A stretch of DNA of 64,000 bases. Source: Candidatus Gottesmanbacteria bacterium (GTDB lineage: Bacteria; Patescibacteriota; Microgenomatia; UBA10105; UBA927). This document shows, in pieces, positions 17,139 through 27,211 of this stretch. How positions within the stretch are numbered: the stretch's first letter is position 1; every line of letters begins with the position of its first letter. The stretch covers positions 956,860 to 1,020,859 of the forward strand of contig CAWBPL010000002.1 in the NCBI GenBank assembly GCA_963790805.1, given 5' to 3'. A program made the translations under genes and the position numbers. The notes under the pieces are model-generated. The model did not search any database and was not told the DNA's origin. It saw nothing but the letters and a program-made list of their open reading frames with translations.

Positions 17139-18239
17139 TCATGCCTTTTTCTCGTAAATCTCGGCGATGACGTTGTGGACATCTTTTTCACCTGAATCGG
17201 TTTGTACGGCGGGTGCCGCAGGAGGTGTTGAAGCGGCAACAGGAGGAGTTGTAGCGGGTTGAGTAGCTGGTTGAGCAGCGGGCTGGAATTTATGAAACGG
17301 ATGATAGTGAAGCCTGTTTTCCGCCACAAAGATGCCTCCGAAGATGAGGACCGACCCGATTAAAAAGTAGTTTGTAATCGGTTCCTTGAGGAAGAAAAAG
17401 CTGAGCGCGCTTCCTATCACCGGATCAATGTAGGTAAAGAGTGCGGCATCTGATGCGCTTACGACGGACAAACCCCATGCATAGAGTCCGTAGGCGGCGG
17501 CGCTTGAGAGGATTGCTCCGAATGCGATGCCCATGTAGCCTCGGATGTCGAGCGAGCTATACAGGTGCGGATTTCGAACAAATTCATAGACGGCGGCAGG
17601 GAAAAACGTGGCCGCTCCGACGATAAATGACCAGAACGTATAGGCGTACGGCTCAAATTTATGAAACACATCTTTGCCGATAATATTTTGAAACACCGCG
17701 CCTAAAGTCGCGATGACGAGAAACGTATTGCCTAAGATCGACGCATGGAGTCCTGTTTTAATAAGTGGTTCTAACACAATAAGGATTATGCCAAGAAATC
17801 CGATGACCATGCCGGTCATTTTTTTCCAGCGAAATCCTTCGTGAAGGTAAACCATAGCCAGAAGGTAGGTGAGAATCGGGGCGGCGGACGCGATGACCGG
17901 TGCATTGATGGAATAGGTCAAAAGGAGTCCCCAGAAGAAAAAGATGATGTTGACGGTGATGCCGGAAAGAGAATACCCCAGAAGCAATAATAAATCTTTC
18001 TGAGACATGGTCGGGAGAACTGTTTTTTTCCGAAGGAATGCCAAAAGAATTAAAGCACCGAGAAAAAACCGCCAGAAAGCCAGCGTAAATGTGGGGACGT
18101 TGGTAAGACTTACCTTAAAAATAGCAGGAGCCGCCCCCCAGATGATATTTGCGATGACGATCGCAATAACGGCTTTTTGGACAGTGCTAAGTTTCATGTT
18201 ATTCGCGTTGTCATTGCGAGGAGCAAAGCGACGCGGCAA
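17139..18239 (-). CDS. EamA/DMT-family transporter with Pro/Ala-rich C-terminal tail
   Basis: About 10 TM helices, with the tail QPAAQPATQPATTPPVAASTPPAAPAV. The first 14 codons (MPRRFAPRNDNANN) translate an intergenic hairpin element, so the real start is probably the ATG at 18197 (MKLSTVQKAV). Confidence 0.65.
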   Translation of the reverse strand: MPRRFAPRNDNANNMKLSTVQKAVIAIVIANIIWGAAPAIFKVSLTNVPTFTLAFWRFFLGALILLAFLRKKTVLPTMSQKDLLLLLGYSLSGITVNIIFFFWGLLLTYSINAPVIASAAPILTYLLAMVYLHEGFRWKKMTGMVIGFLGIILIVLEPLIKTGLHASILGNTFLVIATLGAVFQNIIGKDVFHKFEPYAYTFWSFIVGAATFFPAAVYEFVRNPHLYSSLDIRGYMGIAFGAILSSAAAYGLYAWGLSVVSASDAALFTYIDPVIGSALSFFFLKEPITNYFLIGSVLIFGGIFVAENRLHYHPFHKFQPAAQPATQPATTPPVAASTPPAAPAVQTDSGEKDVHNVIAEIYEKKA

Positions 18240-18245
18240 TCTTTT

Positions 18246-19463
18246 TTAATCTGGTTTTTTCAGCTTATCTATTAATTGTTCTATTGTGAGCTCTACCTGT
18301 TCTTTCGTTGCCATGTTTTTAAGTTTTACGACCCCTCGTGCCGCTTCATCCGGTCCTTGAATGACGACAAACGGAATACTCTTACGGTCTGCGTATTTGA
18401 GCTGCTTTTCCAATTTGCTGTCTGTATCCATATAGATTTCTGCGTTTATTCCCTTATTACGAAGTGCAGAAGTAAGAGTTAACGCTGAACCTAATTTATC
18501 GGCGGAAAAAATAGTGACAAGAATTTGTGCGGAGGTTTTAATTTCCGGCAAAAGCCTGAGTGCCGCCATAGCATCTATCATGCGGTCAAAACCGAATGCA
18601 ATTCCTACCGCCGGCATGGATTGACCAATGAATTGTCCGATAAGGTTGTCATACCTGCCGCCACCCGCCAGAGATCCCGCGGCATAGTCCTTTGATTTGA
18701 GTTCAAAAATCGTACTGGTGTAATAATCGAGGCCCCGTGCCAGAAACGGATCAAACATAATATCAATTCCTTCTTTGTATCCAAACAGTTTGAGCGCTTC
18801 AAAGATTTTCTGGAGACGTTCCGTTTTTGGCGATACCTCTATTGCAGTAAAGAGTTTCTCGGCTTCATCAATATTTTTTGCGCGCAACTCATTGAGTACT
18901 CCGTCTTTGCCGATCTTTTCCAGCTTATCTATAGTAATGATTGCTGATTTTGATAATCCGATTTGATCAAATATTTGCCGATCATTAATTTTCATTGTTA
19001 CGTTTTTAAATCCCAATTCTTTGCATACGGAAAGTGTGCATGCAATAATTTCTACGTCAGCAAGAGGGGATTGTGTGCCTACAGTATCAATATCACACTG
19101 GAGAAATTCCCGAAATCTTCCTTTTTGAGTGTTTTCCGCCCGCCAAACGGGTTGAATCTGATACCGTTTAAATGGTTTTGGAAGTTCCGGATATTGCGCT
19201 ACAACGCGGGCAAGCGGAACCGTCTGATCATAGCGGAGTCCGACTTTCCGTTTGCCATTGTCTTCAAATATATACAGTAATTTATCGGCCTCTGATCCGT
19301 ATTTCCCCATGAGTGTTTCCGCATATTCAAGCGCAGGAGTCTCAATAGGATCGAACCCGAATCGTTCAAAGATTATTTTAATTTTATTGATGACGATCTG
19401 ACGGGCGATTGTGGTTTCCGGTAAAAAATCCCGGAATCCTTTGAGTGTTTGTGGTTTAATCAT
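18246..19463 (-). CDS. hisS: histidine--tRNA ligase
   Basis: LKGFRDFLPE, RYQIQPVWRAENTQKGRFREFLQCD, and AGGGRYDNLIGQF. Confidence 0.93.
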   Translation of the reverse strand: MIKPQTLKGFRDFLPETTIARQIVINKIKIIFERFGFDPIETPALEYAETLMGKYGSEADKLLYIFEDNGKRKVGLRYDQTVPLARVVAQYPELPKPFKRYQIQPVWRAENTQKGRFREFLQCDIDTVGTQSPLADVEIIACTLSVCKELGFKNVTMKINDRQIFDQIGLSKSAIITIDKLEKIGKDGVLNELRAKNIDEAEKLFTAIEVSPKTERLQKIFEALKLFGYKEGIDIMFDPFLARGLDYYTSTIFELKSKDYAAGSLAGGGRYDNLIGQFIGQSMPAVGIAFGFDRMIDAMAALRLLPEIKTSAQILVTIFSADKLGSALTLTSALRNKGINAEIYMDTDSKLEKQLKYADRKSIPFVVIQGPDEAARGVVKLKNMATKEQVELTIEQLIDKLKKPD

Positions 19464-19672
19464 ATGTGTAATACCTCCAATGCTTTTTTCTTATCTTTCG
19501 CCGCTACATATACCATAATACCATTCGTGAGCGGAGGATACATGCCTCCCGCGTCATCGCCGGAAATAAACGAGGGTATATGCTCGGATTTCAGCATTCC
19601 CTGTATCATTTCCGCCTCAGCCCGCAAGCGGAATGAAGCCACACATACGGCGTCATGTATTTGTTTATCCAT
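19460..19672 (-). CDS. small DUF2007-like (putative signal-transducing) protein
   Basis: 70 aa. The pattern RLRAEAEMIQGMLKSEHIPSFISGDD resembles the DUF2007 fold family. The stop overlaps the hisS start. Confidence 0.4.
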   Translation of the reverse strand: MDKQIHDAVCVASFRLRAEAEMIQGMLKSEHIPSFISGDDAGGMYPPLTNGIMVYVAAKDKKKALEVLHI

Positions 19673-19674
19673 TG

Positions 19675-20748
19675 TTATTTCAGTACCGTAATTTCTTTTG
19701 ATGAAGTTGTCAGTACCTCGATATCATTATTACCGATTAAGACGGTATCTTCAATTCGTATTCCATACGCGCCCTCTTTGTAGACGCCGGGTTCAATGGT
19801 CACGACCATGTTTGGTTTGAGCGTTGCGTCCTGTTTTATGCTTAACCGCGGGCTTTCGTGTATATCAAGTCCCACCGCATGCCCGAGGCTGTGGGAATAG
19901 CTCGGCAGGCCGTATTTTTTAATAGTTTTTTGCGCAACGGCATCGAGCTGTTTTCCTGACCGGACACCTTTTGATAAATGATGTAATGCCGTCAGCTGGG
20001 CATCCAGTACGGCAGCGTATGCCATGACCCATTCATCTTTCGGCCTGCCCAAGAAAACTACGCGCGTCATGTCGGAGCAGTATCCGTTGACCTTTGCGCC
20101 GAAATCCAGAAGAATAAGACTTTGTGGCGTTAAAACCGTGTTACCGGTGAAGTAATGCGGCATAGATGCGTTGTTATTAAATGCAACAATGGGGGAGAAT
20201 GCGCTTTGGGCTTCATGTTTTTGAAAGAACGTTTCCATATCCCATGCGATATCCGATTCTTTCATTCCCTGTTTGAGTTTTGAAACAATAAAATGAAAAC
20301 AGTCATTTGTTAGTTGAGACGCTTTTTGTATTGACGCAATTTCATCACTTCGTTTAATCTCGCGGGCTTTTTCAATTACATCGCGGGCCGGCAGAAAGGA
20401 AACATTTTTTACTGATGATTTCAGTTTTGTCAATTCCGCAACGGTCAGGTTAACATCTTCAAAGCCGATTTTTTTACAATGCAATTTTTCAAAAAGCGAT
20501 GCAAGTTTTTTGGAGAGCGGGAATTCCGTTGAGATTTTAATAACCTCGCATGGTAGTTTTGACGCCTGTTCCAAATACAAACTACTGGTAAATATATACA
20601 TTTCTTTTCTGGTCAACAGAAGATACGCTTCACGTTCTTGGGGGGAGACGCCGATAAACCCACTAAGATAGCGGATGTTTGTGGGATTCGTAACAAGAAG
20701 TGCATCCAACGATGATGGAATCTGGAAGTATTTTTTCGGGGCGTTCAT
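19675..20748 (-). CDS. M24-family Xaa-Pro aminopeptidase
   Basis: Creatinase-like N-domain, with metal ligand context DFGAKVNGYCSDMTR, HSLGHAVGLDIHE and TIEPGVY. Confidence 0.85.
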   Translation of the reverse strand: MNAPKKYFQIPSSLDALLVTNPTNIRYLSGFIGVSPQEREAYLLLTRKEMYIFTSSLYLEQASKLPCEVIKISTEFPLSKKLASLFEKLHCKKIGFEDVNLTVAELTKLKSSVKNVSFLPARDVIEKAREIKRSDEIASIQKASQLTNDCFHFIVSKLKQGMKESDIAWDMETFFQKHEAQSAFSPIVAFNNNASMPHYFTGNTVLTPQSLILLDFGAKVNGYCSDMTRVVFLGRPKDEWVMAYAAVLDAQLTALHHLSKGVRSGKQLDAVAQKTIKKYGLPSYSHSLGHAVGLDIHESPRLSIKQDATLKPNMVVTIEPGVYKEGAYGIRIEDTVLIGNNDIEVLTTSSKEITVLK

Positions 20749-20752
20749 TTCT

Positions 20753-21559
20753 TTACGATGCCACGCTTGGCGTCGGCGTCGCTTCGGGTGTCGCTTTCGG
20801 CGTTGGTTTTTTCGTGGCGCTTCCGGTTGCCGTCGCTGATTGATCCGGCGTAGGTGTTGGAGTAATTCCCGTTATGTTTCCAAGATCCAATACCCGAAGG
20901 CCGCTCAACTGATTAACTTTTTTGGGCTCGACGGTGCCTACAACCGCAACCGAGTCGCCAATTTCCACTTTCGAAAATCCTCCCTTACCAATACCGTTTA
21001 CTGAATCATATGCGAACATAATGGTAGTTTTTTCTATATCAATCACATACGATTGTCCTTCAGATGTTTCAACGCTAACGGTATAATTTTTCTTATCCAC
21101 ATCCGTTATGGCGCCGGACACGCGCGCGGGGAGCGGATCCTGAATAATAATTACTTTGGCGTTAAGAACGTCCAAAGTCGTATCATAGTCCCCAAACACA
21201 ACGATCATGTCACCTTGGCTAATATCGTCGGTCGTCAGTGCCGTGCGTTTACCTTTGATATTTTGGAATACTTTTATTTGATCAGCTAATTCGATTTTCA
21301 CGTCACTGGTTTTGGTCTCGACGGTAATGGTTGAAACGGATATGTCTTTAACTGTTCCAACGATCGCTTTTTTCTGCACCTGTCGAAGTTCCGCGACTTT
21401 GGTTGCGAGGCGTTCCTTCATTGAATCGATGACCTGCTGTTTGGGGGTTTCTTCAACCGTTGCCGAAGGTGATGCCGCCGGTGTGGTTGAGGGAGTAGCG
21501 CCATAGACGGACGTTATAGTGAAGAGGCCCAAGAGTATTTGAATAATGCGCTGGTACAT
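20753..21559 (-). CDS. secreted hypothetical protein with PT/PS-rich termini (268 aa)
   Basis: Signal-like N-terminus MYQRIIQILLGLFTITSVYG and a C-terminal TPTPTPDQSATATGSATKKPTPKATPEATPTPS. Confidence 0.55.
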   Translation of the reverse strand: MYQRIIQILLGLFTITSVYGATPSTTPAASPSATVEETPKQQVIDSMKERLATKVAELRQVQKKAIVGTVKDISVSTITVETKTSDVKIELADQIKVFQNIKGKRTALTTDDISQGDMIVVFGDYDTTLDVLNAKVIIIQDPLPARVSGAITDVDKKNYTVSVETSEGQSYVIDIEKTTIMFAYDSVNGIGKGGFSKVEIGDSVAVVGTVEPKKVNQLSGLRVLDLGNITGITPTPTPDQSATATGSATKKPTPKATPEATPTPSVAS

Positions 21560-21563
21560 ATGA

Positions 21564-22046
21564 TTAAAATTGTTCCTGTGTATAAAATACCGTTACTGTT
21601 TGATTTTGTGATTTATCTTTTAAGATACTCGTTACGGTAATATCATTTTCTCCTTCGGTAAGCGTTATTTTTCCTGCGAATTTTCCATCCTGCTTTACCT
21701 CTGTTACTGCATCGTCAGTATTTCCCTGCACAACGACCGTTGCTCCTGCTGTTGCACTTCCTGATACCAGAAGAGTATTTTCTGATTCAATCGATTGATC
21801 AAGCGGACTTTCGATGGAGAATGCTGACGGCTTAGCGGTCGGCGTAGGCTTCGGCGTCGGCTTGCCGCTCATGAGTGTAAGGGTTGGTATTTTGAAATTC
21901 ATTTTTGGCAAAAATGTTGCGATTCGAGGCCCTACCAAGAGGAGTGCCGTTATAATAAGTCCGATCACAAAACCGATGACTGTTGCTAAAATTGCATCTT
22001 TATTCATAATGAAAAATAAGACCGGAGCAGGAAGGCCCGCCCGCAA
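21564..22046 (-). CDS. membrane-anchored protein with Ig-like beta domain (about 147-160 aa)
   Basis: TM anchor ILATVIGFVIGLIITALLLV, then a PT linker, then LLVSGSATAGATVVVQGNTDDAVTEVKQDGKFAGKITLTEGENDITV. The likely start is the ATG at 22007. Confidence 0.5.
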   Translation of the reverse strand: MRAGLPAPVLFFIMNKDAILATVIGFVIGLIITALLLVGPRIATFLPKMNFKIPTLTLMSGKPTPKPTPTAKPSAFSIESPLDQSIESENTLLVSGSATAGATVVVQGNTDDAVTEVKQDGKFAGKITLTEGENDITVTSILKDKSQNQTVTVFYTQEQF

Positions 22047-22085
22047 CTCCTTTGAGCAAGCAGCGCCCGCTATTCGGGCTGGGTG

Positions 22086-22114
22086 TTGCTAAGCATAGCC
22101 AAATCTGTTATAAA
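22086..22114 (+). promoter_or_regulatory. sigma70-like promoter TTGCTA-17-TATAAA
   Basis: Counted directly in the sequence, upstream of the MBL-fold gene. Confidence 0.3.
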
Positions 22115-22144
22115 TTGCAAGCACCGTAATCTTTTTTAATTTTT

Positions 22145-22792
22145 ATGGATATTACCTATTTAGGTCATGCATCGTTTCGTATTCGCGGTAAATCCGCTTC
22201 CGTCGTTACTGATCCGTTTGATCCGGATATGATCGGGTTAAAGTTTCCCAAACATGTGGAGGCGGATATTGTAACCGTTTCTCACGAACATAAAGATCAC
22301 AACAGTGTTTCTCAAATAGAAGGTTCGCCGTTTGTCATTCACGGTCCGGGAGAGTACGAAATAAAGGGTATCGGCGTTGTCGGCACGTCTTCGTTTCATG
22401 ATGATAAAAAGGGAGCAGAACGGGGTAAGAATACTATTTATCGCATTGAAGTCGATGGCGTAAGTATCGTCCACTTAGGAGACTTAGGTCATATACTGAG
22501 TGCCGATCAGGTCGATGAGCTTGACGGGGTAAACATCCTTATGGTTCCGGTTGGCGGATTTTATACCATTTCGGCTTCACAGGCAGTGCAGGTCATTAAC
22601 GACATTGATCCTTCTATCGTTATTCCGATGCATTATGGGCGGCCTGACATGCAGGGGAAGGGATTGTCCCAGCTGGCGCCGTGCAGTGTATTTTTGAAAG
22701 AAATCGGGAAAGAATCAGTTATTCCTCAACCGAAATTGGTTATTTCGAAAGACAAACTGCCTGCGGAAATGCAGGTAGTGGTATTAGAATAA
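22145..22792 (+). CDS. MBL-fold metal-dependent hydrolase (UPF0173-like)
   Basis: MDITYLGHASFRI...VSHEHKDH...HLGDLGH...PVGG pattern. Confidence 0.75.
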   Translation: MDITYLGHASFRIRGKSASVVTDPFDPDMIGLKFPKHVEADIVTVSHEHKDHNSVSQIEGSPFVIHGPGEYEIKGIGVVGTSSFHDDKKGAERGKNTIYRIEVDGVSIVHLGDLGHILSADQVDELDGVNILMVPVGGFYTISASQAVQVINDIDPSIVIPMHYGRPDMQGKGLSQLAPCSVFLKEIGKESVIPQPKLVISKDKLPAEMQVVVLE

Positions 22793-22820
22793 GATAAACC
22801 TATTCATTTATTACGATGAT

Positions 22821-24161
22821 ATGGCAGACCCCAAAGTTCCACCGCATGATGACGTAGCCGAACAATCGGTGCTCGGCGCAATTTTACTCGATAAAGACGC
22901 GATGGTTGACGTCGCGGAATTTTTGCGCCCGAATCATTTTTACAAGGAAGCGCATGAAAAAATTTTCGCGGCCATGCTCACCCTTTATGAATCACATGAA
23001 CCTATCGATGTTGTATCCGTCACAGCACAGCTGAAAAGCGACGGAACACTCAAAGCAGTCGGGGGCGCTTCATATCTTTCGGATCTTCTCAATATTGTGC
23101 CCACCAGTGCTCACGCGGAGCGCTATGGCAGGATAATTCAGGAAAACAATACGAAACGGCAGCTTGTGGAAGTGGGCGCGAGGATTACGGAGTTTGCGTT
23201 TAAAGATGAAGGAAGTGCGGCGTCCATTGTCGATGAAGCCGAGCAGCAGATTTTTGCCATCTCGCAGCAGGCGACGCGGCGTGATTTTATACCGATTAAA
23301 GACGCTCTGGCTTCTTCGTTTGACCGGTTGGATGAGCTGCACAAACGGGCAGGAGGCTTACGAGGAGTGCCGACTGGGTTTGCGGATTTGGATTTCAGGC
23401 TTGCCGGCATGCAGGACAGCAACCTTATCATTCTTGCCGCCCGTCCCGGTACCGGCAAAACCGCCATGATTCTTAACATGGCGCAGTATGCGGCGGTTAA
23501 AATGAAAATTCCCGTCGGTATTTTTTCGCTTGAAATGAGCAAGGAAGAATTGGTTGACCGGCTTCTGGTGTCTCAGGCGGATATTGATGCGTGGAAGTTA
23601 AAAACCGGTAAGCTGTCGGATGATGACTTTACCCGGTTGTCAGAAGCGATGGGCGAGCTGGCCGAGGCGCCTATATTTATCGATGATACGCCTGGCATGA
23701 ATATCATTGAAATGCGCACCAAAGCGCGACGTTTGCAGGTGGAGCAGGGTGTCAGACTTATTCTTGTCGACTACCTGCAGCTTGCGGATTCCGGCCGCCA
23801 CTATGATAACCGCGTGCAGGAGGTTTCGATTATTTCCCAGAGCCTCAAAAATCTTGCCCGCGAACTGCGGCTTCCGGTACTGGCATGTTCGCAATTATCA
23901 CGGGCCGTGGAAGCCCGCGGCACCAAAGTGCCGGAACTTTCCGATCTTCGGGAGTCGGGATCCATCGAGCAGGATGCAGATGTCGTTATGTTTCTCTACC
24001 GGCAGGATTCGGATCAAACCCAGTGGGGGGAACAGATTCCGACCAAACTGCGTATCGCCAAACACAGAAACGGACCGTTAGGTGAAATTGACCTTATCTT
24101 CCGCGGCGACCGCATCCGCTTTTACGGCGTAGAGCGAACGCCTACTCCGGCTAGTAAATAA
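22821..24161 (+). CDS. dnaB: replicative DNA helicase DnaB
   Basis: PPHDDVAEQSVLGAILLD, Walker A AARPGTGKTA, SLEMSKEEL, and QLSRAVE...DLRESGSIEQDADVV. Confidence 0.95.
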   Translation: MADPKVPPHDDVAEQSVLGAILLDKDAMVDVAEFLRPNHFYKEAHEKIFAAMLTLYESHEPIDVVSVTAQLKSDGTLKAVGGASYLSDLLNIVPTSAHAERYGRIIQENNTKRQLVEVGARITEFAFKDEGSAASIVDEAEQQIFAISQQATRRDFIPIKDALASSFDRLDELHKRAGGLRGVPTGFADLDFRLAGMQDSNLIILAARPGTGKTAMILNMAQYAAVKMKIPVGIFSLEMSKEELVDRLLVSQADIDAWKLKTGKLSDDDFTRLSEAMGELAEAPIFIDDTPGMNIIEMRTKARRLQVEQGVRLILVDYLQLADSGRHYDNRVQEVSIISQSLKNLARELRLPVLACSQLSRAVEARGTKVPELSDLRESGSIEQDADVVMFLYRQDSDQTQWGEQIPTKLRIAKHRNGPLGEIDLIFRGDRIRFYGVERTPTPASK

Positions 24162-24290
24162 CCTCCTTCTACGGTAAAATACCATTGTTGCGTTTTTTTT
24201 ACCCAAAATCCGTTTAGGATTTTGGAAAGGAAGCGCCGCCGAACGGAAAGGTCATTTATTGACCGGTAAGAGAGGCGCGCGCTGACGCGC

Positions 24291-24376
24291 GCCTGGGTGG
24301 CGGAATTGGTATACGCGTAGGTCTCAAAAACCTATGAAGATAACACTTCATGAGGGTTCAAGTCCCTCCCTAGGCA
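24291..24376 (+). tRNA. tRNA-Leu (anticodon CAA), no encoded CCA
   Basis: Hand-folded. Acceptor GCCTGGG/CCTAGGC, D arm GCG-GAATTGGTATA-CGC, anticodon arm TAGGT-CTCAAAA-ACCTA, long variable arm TGAAG..CTTCA, T arm GAGGG-TTCAAGT-CCCTC, discriminator A. Confidence 0.9.
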
Positions 24377-24446
24377 CCCGTTCGTCGCTTCGCTCCTTTC
24401 AGGGCAAGCTGCGAGGCAGGAAATATACATTAATAAGGAGGTATCT

Positions 24447-25409
24447 ATGATGACATTGGGTGATATTTACAAAAAAGCTGTCGAGATGGGGATTAAGGCC
24501 GATCCGCGTGGCGAGGCAGGTGTTAAAAAACTTTTGGCCCGCCGGAAAAAAGAATTTGAAGAATTGCCGAAGTCGAAGCAGGCGGAATTTGATAAAGAAG
24601 ATTTAGTAAACCCCTACACCGATTCGCGGATTTTTTTGGGCGATAGAAGTTTGAAAGTCGATAAAATTCTTGCCGGCATCGACATCAACGCCAGTGAAGT
24701 TCTTCTTGCCGATCGCTTAAATCAAAAAGGCGAGGGGATAGACCTTCTTTTATCCCATCACCCTGAAGGCGGATCGCTTGCGGCGCTTCACGAAGTCATG
24801 GATGTACAAGCTGATATTTGGGCTAAATACGGGGTTCCTATTAATATTGCCGAAGGCGTTATGCACGAGAGGATCGGCGAGGTGCAGCGAAGATTCAGCC
24901 CAGCCAATCATAATCAGGCGGTGGACGCAGCGCGGCTTCTGGGATTTGCATTTATAGGTACGCACACGATTACGGATAATCTTGTGCATACCTACATGGA
25001 AGAATTATTTCTGAAAGCAAAACCGGAGACGGTCGGGGAAGTTCTTGAAGTTCTTAAGAATGAACCGGAATATCAGGAAGCCATGAAGGGAAAAGCAGGT
25101 CCCATGATTTTTGCCGGCGATCCCAAAAATCGTGCCGGAAAAATCGCGCCGATTGAGTTTACCGGAGGCACTGAGCCCTCACACATTATTTATGAAAAGC
25201 TTGCTATGGCGGGAGTGGGGACGGTTATCGGCATGCATGCAGGCGAAGAACACCGGAAAGAAGCAATCAAATACCACATCAATCTCGTTATCGCCGGTCA
25301 CATGAGTTCCGACAGTTTGGGTATGAATTTGCTTTTGGATGAAATTGAAAAGCATGGCGTCAAAATCGTGCCGTGTTCAGGTCTTATACGGGTGAAGCGA
25401 TCTTCGTAA
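24447..25409 (+). CDS. NIF3-family (GTP cyclohydrolase 1 type 2-like) dinuclear metal protein
   Basis: DLLLSHHP motif and C-terminal IAGHMSSDSLG. A strong SD (AAGGAGG) lies upstream. Confidence 0.5.
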   Translation: MMTLGDIYKKAVEMGIKADPRGEAGVKKLLARRKKEFEELPKSKQAEFDKEDLVNPYTDSRIFLGDRSLKVDKILAGIDINASEVLLADRLNQKGEGIDLLLSHHPEGGSLAALHEVMDVQADIWAKYGVPINIAEGVMHERIGEVQRRFSPANHNQAVDAARLLGFAFIGTHTITDNLVHTYMEELFLKAKPETVGEVLEVLKNEPEYQEAMKGKAGPMIFAGDPKNRAGKIAPIEFTGGTEPSHIIYEKLAMAGVGTVIGMHAGEEHRKEAIKYHINLVIAGHMSSDSLGMNLLLDEIEKHGVKIVPCSGLIRVKRSS

Positions 25410-25411
25410 GC

Positions 25412-25909
25412 TTAACGGTGGAGTAGGAGGATGAAAAACCCGACGGTCACAACTTGGGTGATAAGTCCCAACGGATATTGTGCTTTTGCGTGAAAAACGT
25501 TTTCCGTTTTATAAATCCCATAGGTCAGCCGTTCCCAAAAACCCGCATCTTTTTTTGGTCCGCTTCCTTTATTTTTTGCAAAAAATATGTAGTACGGGGC
25601 TTCGAACCAGTCGGGCAGGTTGCCTAAAATCATGGCGGCAAGTAATATAAGTAGCGGTACCTTTCCTCCAAACACGAAATATGTTACTGTAAACCCGAGG
25701 ACGGTATCAAGAATTGCTATTGATCCGGTTGTGAATTTCGAACGCATACGCCAGTTGGTTCCGAAATCCCAGTGAGGAACCGCATCCATAATAAAATGGG
25801 ATGTAAATGCAAGCGGAAGGGCGAGTTCGGGATGATTCGGTAGAGCAGCGACGATAGCGCCGGCAACCAATGCATGAGCTGTAGCCGTCATTTGTTTATT
25901 GTATCGCAC
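25412..25909 (-). CDS. YdjM/DUF457-like membrane-bound metal-dependent hydrolase
   Basis: 165 aa. HALVAGAIVA...TSHFIMDAVPHWD, with several TM helices. Confidence 0.4.
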   Translation of the reverse strand: MRYNKQMTATAHALVAGAIVAALPNHPELALPLAFTSHFIMDAVPHWDFGTNWRMRSKFTTGSIAILDTVLGFTVTYFVFGGKVPLLILLAAMILGNLPDWFEAPYYIFFAKNKGSGPKKDAGFWERLTYGIYKTENVFHAKAQYPLGLITQVVTVGFFILLLHR

Positions 25910-27206
25910 TATGGAAACGCAAGCAAACAGCGAGCCAACTCAATCAACATATGCTCAGGTGCTGGGAATTCCGTCGTTTAGGTTTTTGTGGTTCGGCCAG
26001 ATCTGTTCACAGCTTGCCGTCAATTCGCTTCTTTTTGTTCTCGCGCTTCGTGTCTATCGGTTAACGGGAAGTAATACTGCGGTATCAGCATTATTTCTTG
26101 CGTATGGCATTCCTGCCGTACTTTTTGGTTTGGTGGCAGGTACCGTCGTTGACCGGCTTGATAAACGACGCATATTGGTTTCATGCGATATTATCCGGTC
26201 ATTTTTTGTTATCGGGCTTTTATTTTTATCTCACCAGATTTTTATCGTATACTTTCTCACGTTTTTAAATGCGGTTATCACGCAATTTTATGTTCCCTCT
26301 GAAGCGCCGCTTATCCCCAAGATCGTCCCGAAACATCTCTTAGTATCCGCAAACAGTCTTTTTTCACTGACATTCTATTCGAGTCTGGCTATCGGATCCG
26401 TTCTGGCAGGTCCGCTTCTTCGGGTTTTCGGTACCCATTATGTGTTTTTACTTATCGCAGTTTTCTTTTTAAGCGCCTCGGCGCTGTCGTCCCGTATACA
26501 CTCGCAAAGCGAAGGAACAGTCGGGTTCCGGTATTTACTTCGTTATAGCCCTGCATACCTTTTGGCGCGCATATGGTATCAATTGCGGGAAGGCGTTCAA
26601 TACGTGAGTCGCTCCAAAGAATTATTCGACTCTATTATGCTGTTAACCGGTACGCAGATTATTATGGTACTTTTAGGAACGCTCGGGCCGGGGTTTGCCG
26701 ATAAGGTATTACATATCGATATACGTGATGCATCGTTATACATCGTTGCACCGGCTGTACTTGGTATTCTTCTTGGCGCGTTGTGGGTGGGAACCGTCGG
26801 ATACAAGTTTACCAAGGCGAAATTAATCAATATCGGGGTTAATGCAGCAGGATGGATTCTTCTTGTTATCGCTGGAACCGCGCAGCTTTTACACGTCCGG
26901 CAGTTTTATTGGCTGTATCACGCGCGTGTCATATTTCCCATCGAATTTTTTCTGTTTTTTTTATTGGGTGTTGCCAACAGCTTTCTGGATGTTCCGGCAA
27001 ACGCGAGGCTTCAGGAAAAAACACATGGAGCCTTGCGCGGGCGCGTGTATGGAGTACTCGCCGCATTCGTGGGAGGCGTCGGGATATTGCCTGTTATCGT
27101 CGGCGGAGTATTAGCCGACACCGTTGGGATTGGAAACGTTTTACTTATCCTTGGTCTTGCTCTTGCGGGGTATGGCATATTTCGCTTACGATATAATACA
27201 GTTTAA
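25899..27206 (+). CDS. MFS transporter
   Basis: About 12 TM helices and a GTVVDRLDKRR loop motif. The likely start is the ATG at 25911 (METQANSE). Confidence 0.75.
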   Translation: MYRTMETQANSEPTQSTYAQVLGIPSFRFLWFGQICSQLAVNSLLFVLALRVYRLTGSNTAVSALFLAYGIPAVLFGLVAGTVVDRLDKRRILVSCDIIRSFFVIGLLFLSHQIFIVYFLTFLNAVITQFYVPSEAPLIPKIVPKHLLVSANSLFSLTFYSSLAIGSVLAGPLLRVFGTHYVFLLIAVFFLSASALSSRIHSQSEGTVGFRYLLRYSPAYLLARIWYQLREGVQYVSRSKELFDSIMLLTGTQIIMVLLGTLGPGFADKVLHIDIRDASLYIVAPAVLGILLGALWVGTVGYKFTKAKLINIGVNAAGWILLVIAGTAQLLHVRQFYWLYHARVIFPIEFFLFFLLGVANSFLDVPANARLQEKTHGALRGRVYGVLAAFVGGVGILPVIVGGVLADTVGIGNVLLILGLALAGYGIFRLRYNTV

Positions 27207-27211
27207 CCGTT

